IMG/VR virus record: IMGVR_UViG_3300042892_000658
Span: 1-62,450 of that record
Direction: 5' to 3' (one strand)
From: a virus
Taxonomy: Duplodnaviria; Caudoviricetes
DNA length: 62,450 bases
Below, piece after piece: positions 45,028 through 54,977 of this stretch. Under the pieces are notes generated by a model. The model was not told the origin of the DNA. It ran no database searches and was given only the letters and a program-made list of their open reading frames with translations. A program made the translations under genes and the position numbers. How positions within the stretch are numbered: position 1 is the stretch's first letter; each line of letters begins with the position of its first letter.

Positions 45028-45937
45028 TTTTATAACTTTTTCTAGTAGGTGGTTTGCTTTTTAGTGGCATCGGTTTAAACGTTTTTGTTTTGACTTCAGT
45101 AGCGGCCGGCTGTTCTATAGTATGGTCAGACGATTGAACTACTTCACCTGGTATCACCCCCGCATCTGCTGTAGCCGAAGGTATTTCTGTCTGCTGACTA
45201 ACGTAGTCAATAAAGTATAGTTCTTTATCTAACCATGGCATGACAATTTCTTCTTGTTTGAGGAATCCGTTTGCATTAATGCTATTAACAATACTAGGAT
45301 GTAACAAGTTTTTATCTATTAGATCAAACCACGTAGTGGTCTTAGGATTCATTGGCTCTACATCTGTTTTATATACCGCCATGTTAATCCACGGGTCTTG
45401 AAACTGTTTTAACAAATACGCATCACGACAGTCAAATCCGTTAACGGCTAACATGTAAATTAGCATAATAGGGTTGTAATGGAAAATACAACCGTTATAG
45501 CCCCTGCTGTATTGTCTGCCGTATTCTATGCCTGTATGTTGCGGCACACTTAATGCTAGCATACCGTTTACATTAAGATATCCGTTCCATTTACGCAAGG
45601 TATATAATGGATCAGTGCTATATTGCAGACTATCATGCGCCCAGATAAAGTCAACTGGTACTGGAAACAAGTAGTCGGCATCAAAACTATTATTAACTTT
45701 ATGAATATTCTTAAGATTGGGCAGTTGTGCTAGTTTACTAGAATCAGTATCCACAGCATGGCAGGCAAAGTTATAGGGTTGTGGCGGATCTTCGTTGTTC
45801 ATTAAAGTAGCCCACCAAGTAGTATCTTCACCGGCACCACAACCCATGTCAGCTACATGATGAATACTTTCTAAAAATATATCGTATTGCTGTATTAGGT
45901 CAAGGATACGTAAACTATGTCTAGCCAATTGAAGCAT
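45020..45937 (-). CDS. Class I SAM-dependent methyltransferase
   Basis: VADMGCGAG, DFIWAHD, L..NG.L.LSVP. Confidence 0.75.
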   Translation of the reverse strand: MLQLARHSLRILDLIQQYDIFLESIHHVADMGCGAGEDTTWWATLMNNEDPPQPYNFACHAVDTDSSKLAQLPNLKNIHKVNNSFDADYLFPVPVDFIWAHDSLQYSTDPLYTLRKWNGYLNVNGMLALSVPQHTGIEYGRQYSRGYNGCIFHYNPIMLIYMLAVNGFDCRDAYLLKQFQDPWINMAVYKTDVEPMNPKTTTWFDLIDKNLLHPSIVNSINANGFLKQEEIVMPWLDKELYFIDYVSQQTEIPSATADAGVIPGEVVQSSDHTIEQPAATEVKTKTFKPMPLKSKPPTRKSYKND

Positions 45938-46376
45938 CCTCCATACCTGCTGTACGCAAGCGGGTAATATGCCCTAGCATAAAGTTTTTACTTTCTAAGC
46001 CTTTCATAATACCTAGCCATTTGTTACGCAATAGGGCAACTTCGTTAATAATAGTTTCCATATCAATAACGTCATCCTCTGCTTCTGCATACTTTTCAGC
46101 ATCGCGACTAGTTAGCGCACGTGCATAGGCTTCGAGATATTTCTTATAATGAGTTTGTCGAATTTTTCGTAGCTGTATGTTAAGATAATTGAGCACTGCT
46201 TCAATCTCTTGTAGTTGATTAAAGCGTTGCTCTGTAATACCTGGTAAATTTGCCAGATTTTTTTCAATATTACCATAGGTTCCAACTTCTTTTTTAGCCT
46301 GTAATAGTTCGTTTTCATAATGGGTTATGAAATCTGGAATATTTCCTAGACTAGAAACTACTCGACTATACCACAT
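45921..46376 (-). CDS. uvsY: Recombination mediator, UvsY-like
   Basis: 151 aa helical; L...DAEKY.EAE.D and K.F.L..I..LR..G pattern; downstream of uvsX. Confidence 0.75.
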   Translation of the reverse strand: MWYSRVVSSLGNIPDFITHYENELLQAKKEVGTYGNIEKNLANLPGITEQRFNQLQEIEAVLNYLNIQLRKIRQTHYKKYLEAYARALTSRDAEKYAEAEDDVIDMETIINEVALLRNKWLGIMKGLESKNFMLGHITRLRTAGMEDASIG

Positions 46377-46621
46377 TAGTAGTCATCGCTTCCGTCGAGA
46401 TCTTCTTCTTCGTCGGCATCGACTTCTTCACCTAGATATTCTTCAACTGCACGTTTCAGATAGCTATCAGTGCCACCAAATGTTTTAAGATCTGCTTCGG
46501 TGATATTGTGATCAGCTACTACGCTAATTACATGGTCAGCAGCTGCTTGTTTATCTTTAGGGTTGATGTATTCCCTGCAGGTTAACCATATTTCACCTAA
46601 TACATCCAATTCTACATTCAT
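46376..46621 (-). CDS. Hypothetical acidic protein
   Basis: 81 aa between uvsX and uvsY; D/E-rich tail. Confidence 0.7.
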   Translation of the reverse strand: MNVELDVLGEIWLTCREYINPKDKQAAADHVISVVADHNITEADLKTFGGTDSYLKRAVEEYLGEEVDADEEEDLDGSDDY

Positions 46622-47724
46622 TCTTCTTGTCCTTGTTCTAATACTTGATTTTCACTTAAGTCTTCATCTGCAACTTCAGCAGTTTCAGTACTTAGCAAAG
46701 GGTTAACATTAGATGAAATTTCTTTCATTACTTTGTCTAATGATCCGTCTTCGTTTCGTTCCCATGCTTTGCGGAATTGTTTAATAGTTTTTCCGTCTGC
46801 TAGTGTATAAACTAAACTGTTACCTTCTTTCTTAAGCAAGTTCTTAGCTTCTAACATGTCTGTTAATCCTGAGTAAGGACTCATACCAGTTTCATATGGA
46901 ATCTCTACTTGTACTGACTCAAACGGTTTAGCATAACGAGTTTTCATAATCTTACAAGCAGCACGGATACCGTTAACTGTTGTAGTCTTGTTACCGTCTG
47001 CATCTGTTTTAAGTTTAAGTTTACGCATGGCTACAACAATACTCGAAGCGTAGATAAAGCCCTGACCACCTGAAATCTTGTCATCTGGATCAAACATATC
47101 TTGGCTTGCGTATGTATGATTAGTTGCCACTAGACCTAAGTTTAATGTACCAAACATGTTTACACAGTTACGTACAAGTGCTGTAAGTGCTTTAGGTTTA
47201 CGACCCATATCACCCTTCATTTCACCTGCTTCAAACTGGTTAACGTCTGTTGGAGTAAGCATCATACCCAAGCTGTCTAGAACAAACAATACTTTTGGAC
47301 GGTCTTCTTCTGGAAGTGTACGATACTCTTTAACAAAGTCACTGATAACTTTAGCCACATCATCAATCATAGCCATGTTAAGTTTAAGTAACTTGCTTTC
47401 GTCTGTGTCTACACCTAATGCGTGTAACCATGCTTCGTCAAGTGCGTTTTCTGTATCAATTAAGATTACATAGATACCTTGCTCTTGCGCATGACGTACA
47501 ATGTTGCCTGAACAGATAAATGATTTACCTGCGCCGGATTCACCAGCAAACACAGTTACCTTACCCATTGGGATACCTTTGTTAAAGTCTCCGCTTAATA
47601 GATAGTTTAATGTGTAGTTGCCTGTTGAGATCCAATCAGTTGGATCGTTAAAGCCAATACCTAAGCCTTCAATGCTTTTAGTAATTGACTTTCTAAATTT
47701 ACTAATGTCGAATGGTTTCGCCAT
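46618..47724 (-). CDS. uvsX: RecA-like recombinase UvsX
   Basis: GESGAGKS, DTENA, FVLDSLG, TNHTY, SGGQG, KTRY.KPF. Confidence 0.93.
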   Translation of the reverse strand: MAKPFDISKFRKSITKSIEGLGIGFNDPTDWISTGNYTLNYLLSGDFNKGIPMGKVTVFAGESGAGKSFICSGNIVRHAQEQGIYVILIDTENALDEAWLHALGVDTDESKLLKLNMAMIDDVAKVISDFVKEYRTLPEEDRPKVLFVLDSLGMMLTPTDVNQFEAGEMKGDMGRKPKALTALVRNCVNMFGTLNLGLVATNHTYASQDMFDPDDKISGGQGFIYASSIVVAMRKLKLKTDADGNKTTTVNGIRAACKIMKTRYAKPFESVQVEIPYETGMSPYSGLTDMLEAKNLLKKEGNSLVYTLADGKTIKQFRKAWERNEDGSLDKVMKEISSNVNPLLSTETAEVADEDLSENQVLEQGQEE

Positions 47725-47739
47725 GATTTATCCTTATTG

Positions 47740-47768
47740 AAAAAAGGGTAGAGCATTAGACTCTACCC
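47740..47768 (-). terminator. Intrinsic terminator after ssb
   Basis: GGGTAGAG/CTCTACCC stem followed by T6. Confidence 0.8.
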
Positions 47769-47783
47769 CAATCTTATACTAAA

Positions 47784-48809
47784 TTAAGATGTTTTTTGAC
47801 GATTGCGAATCATTGCAAGGATGTCTTCAGCACGTTGGCCGCCACCTGCTGGTGCCGTTACTGGTGCTGTAGGTGCAACGTCGTCTGTTTCAAACGGTAC
47901 ATCTACTGATTCAACATGCTCACTAACTGGCGCACTAGCCGCCGGAGTTGATGCCGCAGGTGCTGATTGTGCTACAGCTTGTGCCGCAGGAGCCGCTGTT
48001 GCGCCGCCTGCTGGTGCACTAACACCACGTGGACGGTAGTAGCTACCCCAACGCTCTGTGTCATACGCCTGACCATCAACTGATGCTTCAAACATCTCTT
48101 TGATAACTTTAAGCTCAACATCACTTGGTTTCTTAGGAAGGAATTCGCTAAGATTGTACAAGCCATGTTTCTCAATGGCTTCTGCTTCGTCTGCTGTTAA
48201 TGCAGATTCTTTACGTGACCATTTTGAAGTTGAGTAGTCAGCATAACCACCTTTTGATGTTTTGCTAACTGTAAAGTCCAAACCACCTTGGTAGTCTGTT
48301 GGTAAGTTTTCTAACTCAGGATCAAGCAAGGCTGCTTTAATTAAGTTGAAAATTTGTGGGCTGATGATGAAACGACGAATTGGATTCGCTGGTGTTGTAT
48401 CATCTGCAATTGGGTTTTCATGTACAAAGCCTTGGAACAAGTATGATTTCTTTTTCCAATATTTACGACCCATCTCTTCTAATGATGCGTCTTTAAACCA
48501 TGTACGTACTTCTGCAAGCACTGGACAAGCTTCGCCATACATTTCTACGCATGGTACTTGAACTGTAACTGGTTTACTATCTGCTTGGCCTTTTACACCA
48601 GCAAATGTTAAGTTGATCATTAAACGCTCTGCCCAGAAGAAGTCATTCTTTGGATTTGCGTCTGGTAAAAAACGGATTCTTGCGTTTGTGCCTTCTGGAA
48701 TGTTCCAGTGGGCGTAGATAGCGTTATCGCCTTGTTGTTGACTACCGCCTGAACTGCGGTTTTCTTGTGCTTGTAATTTTGCACGAATTTCTGCTAATGA
48801 TGTTGCCAT
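47784..48809 (-). CDS. Single-stranded DNA-binding protein (T4 gp32-like)
   Basis: IRFLPD, C......CP, G.DF, GGYADYSTSKW; Ala/Pro linker; adjacent to uvsX. Confidence 0.88.
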   Translation of the reverse strand: MATSLAEIRAKLQAQENRSSGGSQQQGDNAIYAHWNIPEGTNARIRFLPDANPKNDFFWAERLMINLTFAGVKGQADSKPVTVQVPCVEMYGEACPVLAEVRTWFKDASLEEMGRKYWKKKSYLFQGFVHENPIADDTTPANPIRRFIISPQIFNLIKAALLDPELENLPTDYQGGLDFTVSKTSKGGYADYSTSKWSRKESALTADEAEAIEKHGLYNLSEFLPKKPSDVELKVIKEMFEASVDGQAYDTERWGSYYRPRGVSAPAGGATAAPAAQAVAQSAPAASTPAASAPVSEHVESVDVPFETDDVAPTAPVTAPAGGGQRAEDILAMIRNRQKTS

Positions 48810-48851
48810 GGTATAACTCCTTGTGTTTTAAGTTGGTCTTTTAAATGCCTA

Positions 48852-48899
48852 ATAACGTAAGCATATATATACTATACGTTATAATTATTTATCTTACAA
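48852..48899 (-). promoter_or_regulatory. Nested sigma70 + late promoter with overlapping hairpin upstream of ssb
   Basis: TTGTAA-17-TATAGT (48871-48899), GATAAATA inside the spacer, ATAACGTA/TACGTTAT inverted repeat at 48852-48882. Confidence 0.6.
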
Positions 48900-48996
48900 G
48901 AGAAATATTTAAATATTTTAACCAAACTTGTTAAAGTTATTTTAATTGAGTTTAATAGTTTATAAGTTTGAAATTGTATAATATTTGTTAATTAGC

Positions 48997-50355
48997 TTAT
49001 GCTCGTTGTTTTTCTATTAGATTAATTAAGTTAATATTAGACGTATACGCACGGTTTGAATCTAATAATGATTCGTGATTGTCAAATCCCAATTGGTAAC
49101 CAAGTTCTATCAATTTATCTGCTAGCAGTTGACGTCTTGCAATACGTTCAGCAAATGTCAAGGTTGGATTTTTTTTATTAAACCAAATTGTAGGATCCTT
49201 AGTTAATACTATGTCTGTATTCTTTTTACTTTGGTCGTATATCGGAGTACCCAGGGCTATGCTCATACTATAACCCAATGTAACTTCTTTGATAATTTTA
49301 TTAGCCAAAGATGCATACTTTTCAAACATCAATACTGTATCATTGATATCGTCTGTTGTTTCTGTTGGATAACCCACAAATAATAAAAATATACATGATA
49401 TATTAAATTTTTCCATAAACTCAAGTGAGTGGGTTAAATCTGCATTGTAAAAATTCTTCTTCATTTCGAGACGGAGTTTGTCGCTACCGGTTTCGACTCC
49501 AATTTCCAATCTTGCGGCTCCTGAATCAGCGATCTTTTTCCAATATTTCTCGCCTGATTGTTTTAGATTTCTAATAATAAACTGGCCGCCCCAGGTAAAT
49601 GTTGGATATTGTTTGCGTATTCTAATTAAATAATCTAATAATTCATCAAACGCTAGCAGTGATCCGTTAACCAAACTATCAGTGAAGTGTATGTGTGCAT
49701 TGGGTAACATTTCTAAAATTTTTAATATTTCGCTTGCAATATGCGAAGGAGATCTTTGTACAAAATCCCATCGTTTAGGCACTTCGCAAAATGTACAACG
49801 TCGCACACATCCTCTTGACCCTGTTATCGGAACGTATGGTCTTAGATTGTTTGCACTAGCTTGTTGTTGATAAAATACAACATCGTAGCGTGAGTAATCA
49901 GGTGCGTATGGTATATCTAGTCCAGCAATTTTTATATCACGCTGTATATTAAAATATTTAATAAGAAATTCAGGCCATTGAGCTTCACCATCGCCAACAA
50001 TATAATAATCAATTATATCTGACTGCATCAACGACCCGTTTATACTATCTTTTATACCACTGCCGCCGGCCACTATCTTAATTGTTGGGTTTATTTTTTT
50101 CAACTCTTGACTCAGACTGACTGCCAATTTTTGACTTTTATAAGAGAATACACTTAACGCTACTAGCTTAGGATTTTTTTGATTTATTATAGATGCCCAC
50201 TCTACTATATCAGAACACGACTTAAAGTCTAATATATTTAGATCTATAAAATCAGATTCTAAATCGAGCCATTTACAAGCACCCATTAATATTGCTGGTG
50301 CAGCTGGTAAATACCAAGTTGGCATTGGAGGGAAATTACAGATTAGTACATCCAT
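48997..50355 (-). CDS. Cobalamin-binding radical SAM protein
   Basis: LSVFS, AGG, GDGE, SRGCVRRCTFC, FTDSLVNG, GVETGS, VGYPTET. Confidence 0.88.
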   Translation of the reverse strand: MDVLICNFPPMPTWYLPAAPAILMGACKWLDLESDFIDLNILDFKSCSDIVEWASIINQKNPKLVALSVFSYKSQKLAVSLSQELKKINPTIKIVAGGSGIKDSINGSLMQSDIIDYYIVGDGEAQWPEFLIKYFNIQRDIKIAGLDIPYAPDYSRYDVVFYQQQASANNLRPYVPITGSRGCVRRCTFCEVPKRWDFVQRSPSHIASEILKILEMLPNAHIHFTDSLVNGSLLAFDELLDYLIRIRKQYPTFTWGGQFIIRNLKQSGEKYWKKIADSGAARLEIGVETGSDKLRLEMKKNFYNADLTHSLEFMEKFNISCIFLLFVGYPTETTDDINDTVLMFEKYASLANKIIKEVTLGYSMSIALGTPIYDQSKKNTDIVLTKDPTIWFNKKNPTLTFAERIARRQLLADKLIELGYQLGFDNHESLLDSNRAYTSNINLINLIEKQRA

Positions 50356-50375
50356 AGCTCTATTTATCGGCCAAT

Positions 50376-50402
50376 AAAAAAGGCACTAAAAAAGTGCCTT
50401 TT
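50376..50402 (-). terminator. Intrinsic terminator
   Basis: AGGCACT/AGTGCCT stem with A and T tracts. Confidence 0.8.
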
Positions 50403-50423
50403 AATTGATTTATTATTGTTATT

Positions 50424-52652
50424 TTACTTGAGTCCTGCTATTCTGCGCATTTGTTCAATGTCTTCATCAAACTGTTTGTTATATAACGACACATCGTCTT
50501 CTGGTTCATCTTTAGCTATTGCCTTGATACCCCGAGGAATAGTTTTTAGTTTGTCTAAGAAGTTTAATGGTTTTGCTCCCATACGCTTTAGTTTTTCATC
50601 TTTGTTAACGTGATCGTCACCTGCAACTGATTCACCCAGTGCTGCTTTGATTTCTTCTTTGGTTTTGTTGTATTTTGCTACGAACTCTGCGTCTGATAAT
50701 TCTTCTAAATCAATAGCAACGTCTTTCATACGACCTTCTTCTAATTCATCACAATACTCTTCTTGAGCGTGTGATAATGGACTAGCACTGTCTGCCGGTG
50801 CCATTGCTTCTAATGCTTCGCCCAGTGTTCTTGCTAGGTAGTCATAGTATTTTGCATTCTGGCGTTTTTTACTTGGTGCTTCTTTTTTATATGTTAAAGG
50901 TTTTTCTTCGCGTGGCTTATATTCTTCTGCAACTTCATTACTGCCTTCTAACTGATTAACAACTTGTTGAACATAAGCACTAATGTCACTAGAGCCAATT
51001 TCTTCAACTTCGCCAACCCATTCAGCAACATCTCTAGCCGCGTCCATAATTGCTTGTGGACCGTGTTTAACTAATAAGTCTTTGTGTTGGTTGATGATAC
51101 GACGAATAATTGCTGACTGTATAGCTTCACAGCAATCGCTTTCATCTTCTTCATACACAGTACCGTCCATACCGCCATCGCCCGAACCGTATGTATCACC
51201 TTCTGTCATATCTTGTGATTTTTCTTCAGCTTTAGCACGTAGTTTTTCATTTGGAATATGTTGTGCTATCAGTGGGTCTAAATGTAAGTAGTCTAATAAT
51301 TCACTTCTAGACATTTTGTTGTGCGGGGTATCACCTGTATCAGACTCTTCTAATCCTTGATCAGCAGATTCTACGTCGCCAATCTCGTTCATTAGTTCTT
51401 GGTATACTTCGGGTACATTGTTGTACACCCAATCCATAATAATATCACGTGCATCTGCTTCTGAATTTTCTTTTGAAGCATGTAACAATATTTCTTCTAA
51501 TTTATTACTGTTAATAATACCGCTAATTGCGTTAATAGCATTAACAGCATCAATACCTAACGGCAATTCTTCAGCAAATACGTCAGCTAGGTCATCAACA
51601 TTAATAGGTTCTTCGTCCCAGCTTTCTGCTACAGTGTTAGCCCAGCTTTCGAAGCTCTCGGCAAATTTATTAGTTTTCTTCATATTATAGGCCTTATAAA
51701 CTATTGGTAACGCATCGCTCATGCGTTCATTAAATGTACGTTTAACAAATCTTTCTTTAAGAGCGTCAACGTCAAAATCTTCTTCTGGGATAAAACTTGT
51801 ACTAGTTGCAGCAAATTGTTCTTTGCACTGTTGGTAACCTTTACGGCCACTCATTTTACCTAGAGTATTTTTTAGCAAGCTGTGATATTCAAATGCAGCT
51901 TCAACCATGCTTTTTGTTTCTTCATCTTCAAAAACACGGCGTACCATTGCGGCTTTAAATGGGCGCAATTTGCCACACTCTTGCGCAACTTCGGTAATAT
52001 GTTGCCCAAACTCATCATTGATTTGACCGCCTTCGCTGACATGGCGTGCCATAGCACGTGCATAGCGTAGATTGTTTTCTGATAGTTTGAAGCGTTCACC
52101 ATCTGCGGTTTCAAGATACATAGCACGAATTTTACGGCTACGACTACCACGTTGTTCTGGATCTATATGATCACTGTGGCGGATGATGATCTTTACAGGA
52201 CCGTCATTTTCGTAACTGCTACGACTGGTGCCGTACATACGGCTTTCGCCGATAACGTCATCTTTGTCGTAGGTATCATCTGACCTGCTTACCTGTTTAA
52301 CATCACGATGTTTAAGTGTTGAACGTGTAATATCACGAGGCTCAAAACTTAGTAGGTTGCGTTTGGCAAATTCACGTAGCTCTTTTAAGAATGCATACCA
52401 TTCTTTACGTTGCTCGTCATCTAGATCATGGCTGATGTTCTTGCTAAAATATACCTTTAGGCTAGTTTCGTCAATGATACTAAGTGTAATGTTGCCGTAA
52501 TTTTTACCGTCAACTACGTAGTCAAAGTTGAAAAAACGTGCATCTTCGGGATTCTGTGTAGCGTTGGCTTTATCATCGCCCAAGCTAACATCTTCGTAAC
52601 GATCACGAATTTTTTCAAATAGACCTTCTGCAATTTTGTTAATTTCTCTCAT
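50424..52652 (-). CDS. Large acidic late protein (probably head-associated)
   Basis: 742 aa after terminase; late promoter 5 nt before ATG; modular acidic C-terminal half ending MRRIAGLK. Confidence 0.6.
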   Translation of the reverse strand: MREINKIAEGLFEKIRDRYEDVSLGDDKANATQNPEDARFFNFDYVVDGKNYGNITLSIIDETSLKVYFSKNISHDLDDEQRKEWYAFLKELREFAKRNLLSFEPRDITRSTLKHRDVKQVSRSDDTYDKDDVIGESRMYGTSRSSYENDGPVKIIIRHSDHIDPEQRGSRSRKIRAMYLETADGERFKLSENNLRYARAMARHVSEGGQINDEFGQHITEVAQECGKLRPFKAAMVRRVFEDEETKSMVEAAFEYHSLLKNTLGKMSGRKGYQQCKEQFAATSTSFIPEEDFDVDALKERFVKRTFNERMSDALPIVYKAYNMKKTNKFAESFESWANTVAESWDEEPINVDDLADVFAEELPLGIDAVNAINAISGIINSNKLEEILLHASKENSEADARDIIMDWVYNNVPEVYQELMNEIGDVESADQGLEESDTGDTPHNKMSRSELLDYLHLDPLIAQHIPNEKLRAKAEEKSQDMTEGDTYGSGDGGMDGTVYEEDESDCCEAIQSAIIRRIINQHKDLLVKHGPQAIMDAARDVAEWVGEVEEIGSSDISAYVQQVVNQLEGSNEVAEEYKPREEKPLTYKKEAPSKKRQNAKYYDYLARTLGEALEAMAPADSASPLSHAQEEYCDELEEGRMKDVAIDLEELSDAEFVAKYNKTKEEIKAALGESVAGDDHVNKDEKLKRMGAKPLNFLDKLKTIPRGIKAIAKDEPEDDVSLYNKQFDEDIEQMRRIAGLK

Positions 52653-52664
52653 AACAATATTTAT

Positions 52665-54233
52665 CTAGAATATAAAGAATGGCATGGGCTCGACTATGTC
52701 TTCCAAGCTATCTTTCATATTATAATCAATTTGACTGTCGAAACTCTGTAGTAACATAGCCATGCGCACTACTAGGATAAGTGCCATAACTAAATCATCT
52801 GTTTCACCTGGTTTAGCAGCATAGCTAGGACCATTGGCTACAAACGTTTTAAGTTCTGATATAAGTGGTTTACTTACAATGGTCATACGCTTGCTTTCAA
52901 TTAAGTTCTTTAATTTAGCGCATGCGGAGATTTTGGTTGAGTTAGTTGTGTTAAAGCCCTTGCGATATCTACGACCACTACCCGGACGTTTAGGTTCACT
53001 TAGGAATATACCTTTAAGATTTTCCTCGCCAATTTCACTAATGGATATAAGTGCAGCTTCACCTAAGGTGTTGTTTTCAACGCTGTAGTAGATATTGTTT
53101 TGGTTAACTGTTTCGTTTAGGTAGCGTAGGATTTCAGCTAGGATACCTACTTGTTGCTGTACAGGTGTACGATTGTGTTGCCATTCACCTACTTGTTTAA
53201 ACGTGGGTAACTCAAAGATCTGTATACCAGCGGGGTCGCCGCCAGTACCCAGGCTTGGGTCTAAACTGACTACATAGGTATACTGCGGTTCTGGCTTTTT
53301 ATACCAGCGTACCTGTCCTTGACGTTCTATAGGGTCTAGACCTGCAAGCTCAACTAGCATACTAGGATTAATTAGAGTTTCATCCCAGATGATAAATTCA
53401 CAATCCATTTCACGTCGGAAACGTTCATCACCTAGCTGTGCCCGTTGTTGGCTAGCCCACTTTTCATCGCGGTCTGGATGTTCTGCCCAATAGCTACGGA
53501 ATGATTTAAACCCGTTAACACCAACTTCTGTTGGATTACCAAACTCATCAAAGCACTTGTTAGCACCTTTCCATAGGGTAGCAAACTGGTCTTCATCGCT
53601 GTTAGGCGTTGAAGTAATAATACACTTACCACCAGTTGCTAGTGTGGGACTTATAGCAGTCCAAAATTCTCGTCCTATGGTAGGGCGAACGAATGCAAAC
53701 TCATCTGCATATAGTAATGATATAGACATACCACGACCAGTGTTTTCAGTTGTTGTGGCTGAAACTATTCGACTACCATTATCAAAATCAATACTACCTT
53801 TGTTGTAACTCACAGCACCTGCACGTATAAAGTCGGGTACGCTTTCGTAAGCGTAGCGAATACGTTGCATGATTTCTTGTGAGCCTGTGTATTTGTGTGC
53901 GGCAATTAGGATAGTACTATCCGGTACGAACATAGCGTACCATAACAAGTAACCAGCGGCACTTGTTGACTTACCTGTTTGTCGGGGCATTAGCGATATG
54001 CTAAAGCGATAGTTATGATATGTATGGATTAAGCGTTTTTGATAGTCAAACGGGGCATATAGCATACGTCCTTGGGTAGGATGTTGTATATAGAAGTAGT
54101 TACTCATAAAGTATTCCGGTCCGTCTATAGGATCTGAGCATTTTACGAATTCTTGTAGCTGTTCATGTGTAAAAGACGTTTGTTGATGCGGCTTTTTTAC
54201 TAGAACGTTATCTGTACCTTTTGCTGTTGCCAT
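52665..54233 (-). CDS. Terminase large subunit (T4 gp17-like)
   Basis: PRQTGKS, LLYADEFAF, ITSTPN, F.RE..CEF, DPSLG, VENN, DDLVMA. Confidence 0.95.
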   Translation of the reverse strand: MATAKGTDNVLVKKPHQQTSFTHEQLQEFVKCSDPIDGPEYFMSNYFYIQHPTQGRMLYAPFDYQKRLIHTYHNYRFSISLMPRQTGKSTSAAGYLLWYAMFVPDSTILIAAHKYTGSQEIMQRIRYAYESVPDFIRAGAVSYNKGSIDFDNGSRIVSATTTENTGRGMSISLLYADEFAFVRPTIGREFWTAISPTLATGGKCIITSTPNSDEDQFATLWKGANKCFDEFGNPTEVGVNGFKSFRSYWAEHPDRDEKWASQQRAQLGDERFRREMDCEFIIWDETLINPSMLVELAGLDPIERQGQVRWYKKPEPQYTYVVSLDPSLGTGGDPAGIQIFELPTFKQVGEWQHNRTPVQQQVGILAEILRYLNETVNQNNIYYSVENNTLGEAALISISEIGEENLKGIFLSEPKRPGSGRRYRKGFNTTNSTKISACAKLKNLIESKRMTIVSKPLISELKTFVANGPSYAAKPGETDDLVMALILVVRMAMLLQSFDSQIDYNMKDSLEDIVEPMPFFIF

Positions 54234-54268
54234 ACTATTACTTATACTAGTATGCTAGTGTAGGTTAA

Positions 54269-54499
54269 TTACCAAGGCTTTTCGCCTGTTAGATATGGTT
54301 TACTAAACCATAATTGAAACCATTCCGGAGTTCCGGGTTGAACGTTGTTGTTGTTTTGATAGTTGATTTTTTCTACTGCGGTGATGCTAGGATTACTGCC
54401 TTCTATTCTAGTAGGAGTATCGTATCCTTTGTATTCAGCTAGTTTACCTGCATTACCAGATATACCTGCTAATCGTTTGATTTGATCTAGATCATCCAT
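54269..54499 (-). CDS. Hypothetical head-region protein
   Basis: IKRLAGI and QPGTPEWFQLWF motifs. Confidence 0.7.
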   Translation of the reverse strand: MDDLDQIKRLAGISGNAGKLAEYKGYDTPTRIEGSNPSITAVEKINYQNNNNVQPGTPEWFQLWFSKPYLTGEKPW

Positions 54500-54882
54500 T
54501 ATTTTGATTTTCTTTTAATGGGGCCACGATCACGCATAGGACTTACTTTATGCACATCATCCGCTTCGCAACTTTTATGATCGTGTTCTGTTTCTGCGTA
54601 TTCGCTGTCTACAGTTTTAAATGCACTTTTCATCATTTTATGTTCAGCTTCACTGTAAGGACGAGCAACATTATATTTCTCAACCCAACTACTCTGCGGC
54701 ATATCAACAGCACCGTCACTCTTGCCGTCAGCCATAGCAGTTGCCATCATAATACGATTTAAGTTGTAGGCACGGTCGTAACCGCCTTGATCACGGAATT
54801 TCCACTCGCCGGTGTCAGCCTGTGTTTGATCTTTGGGCTTAGTGCCGTCGTATCCTTCAATGATGATTTCGTTAATTTTCAT
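54499..54882 (-). CDS. Hypothetical head-region protein
   Basis: MKINEIIIE N-terminus. Confidence 0.7.
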   Translation of the reverse strand: MKINEIIIEGYDGTKPKDQTQADTGEWKFRDQGGYDRAYNLNRIMMATAMADGKSDGAVDMPQSSWVEKYNVARPYSEAEHKMMKSAFKTVDSEYAETEHDHKSCEADDVHKVSPMRDRGPIKRKSK

Positions 54883-54977
54883 ATTTTGATAATTTTCTAA
54901 TGATGCAACGTGTGCTTTTGACTACAGCTACGCATAGGCATACTAATTTGTATTCTATACGTAGCCTAAGACTCATA

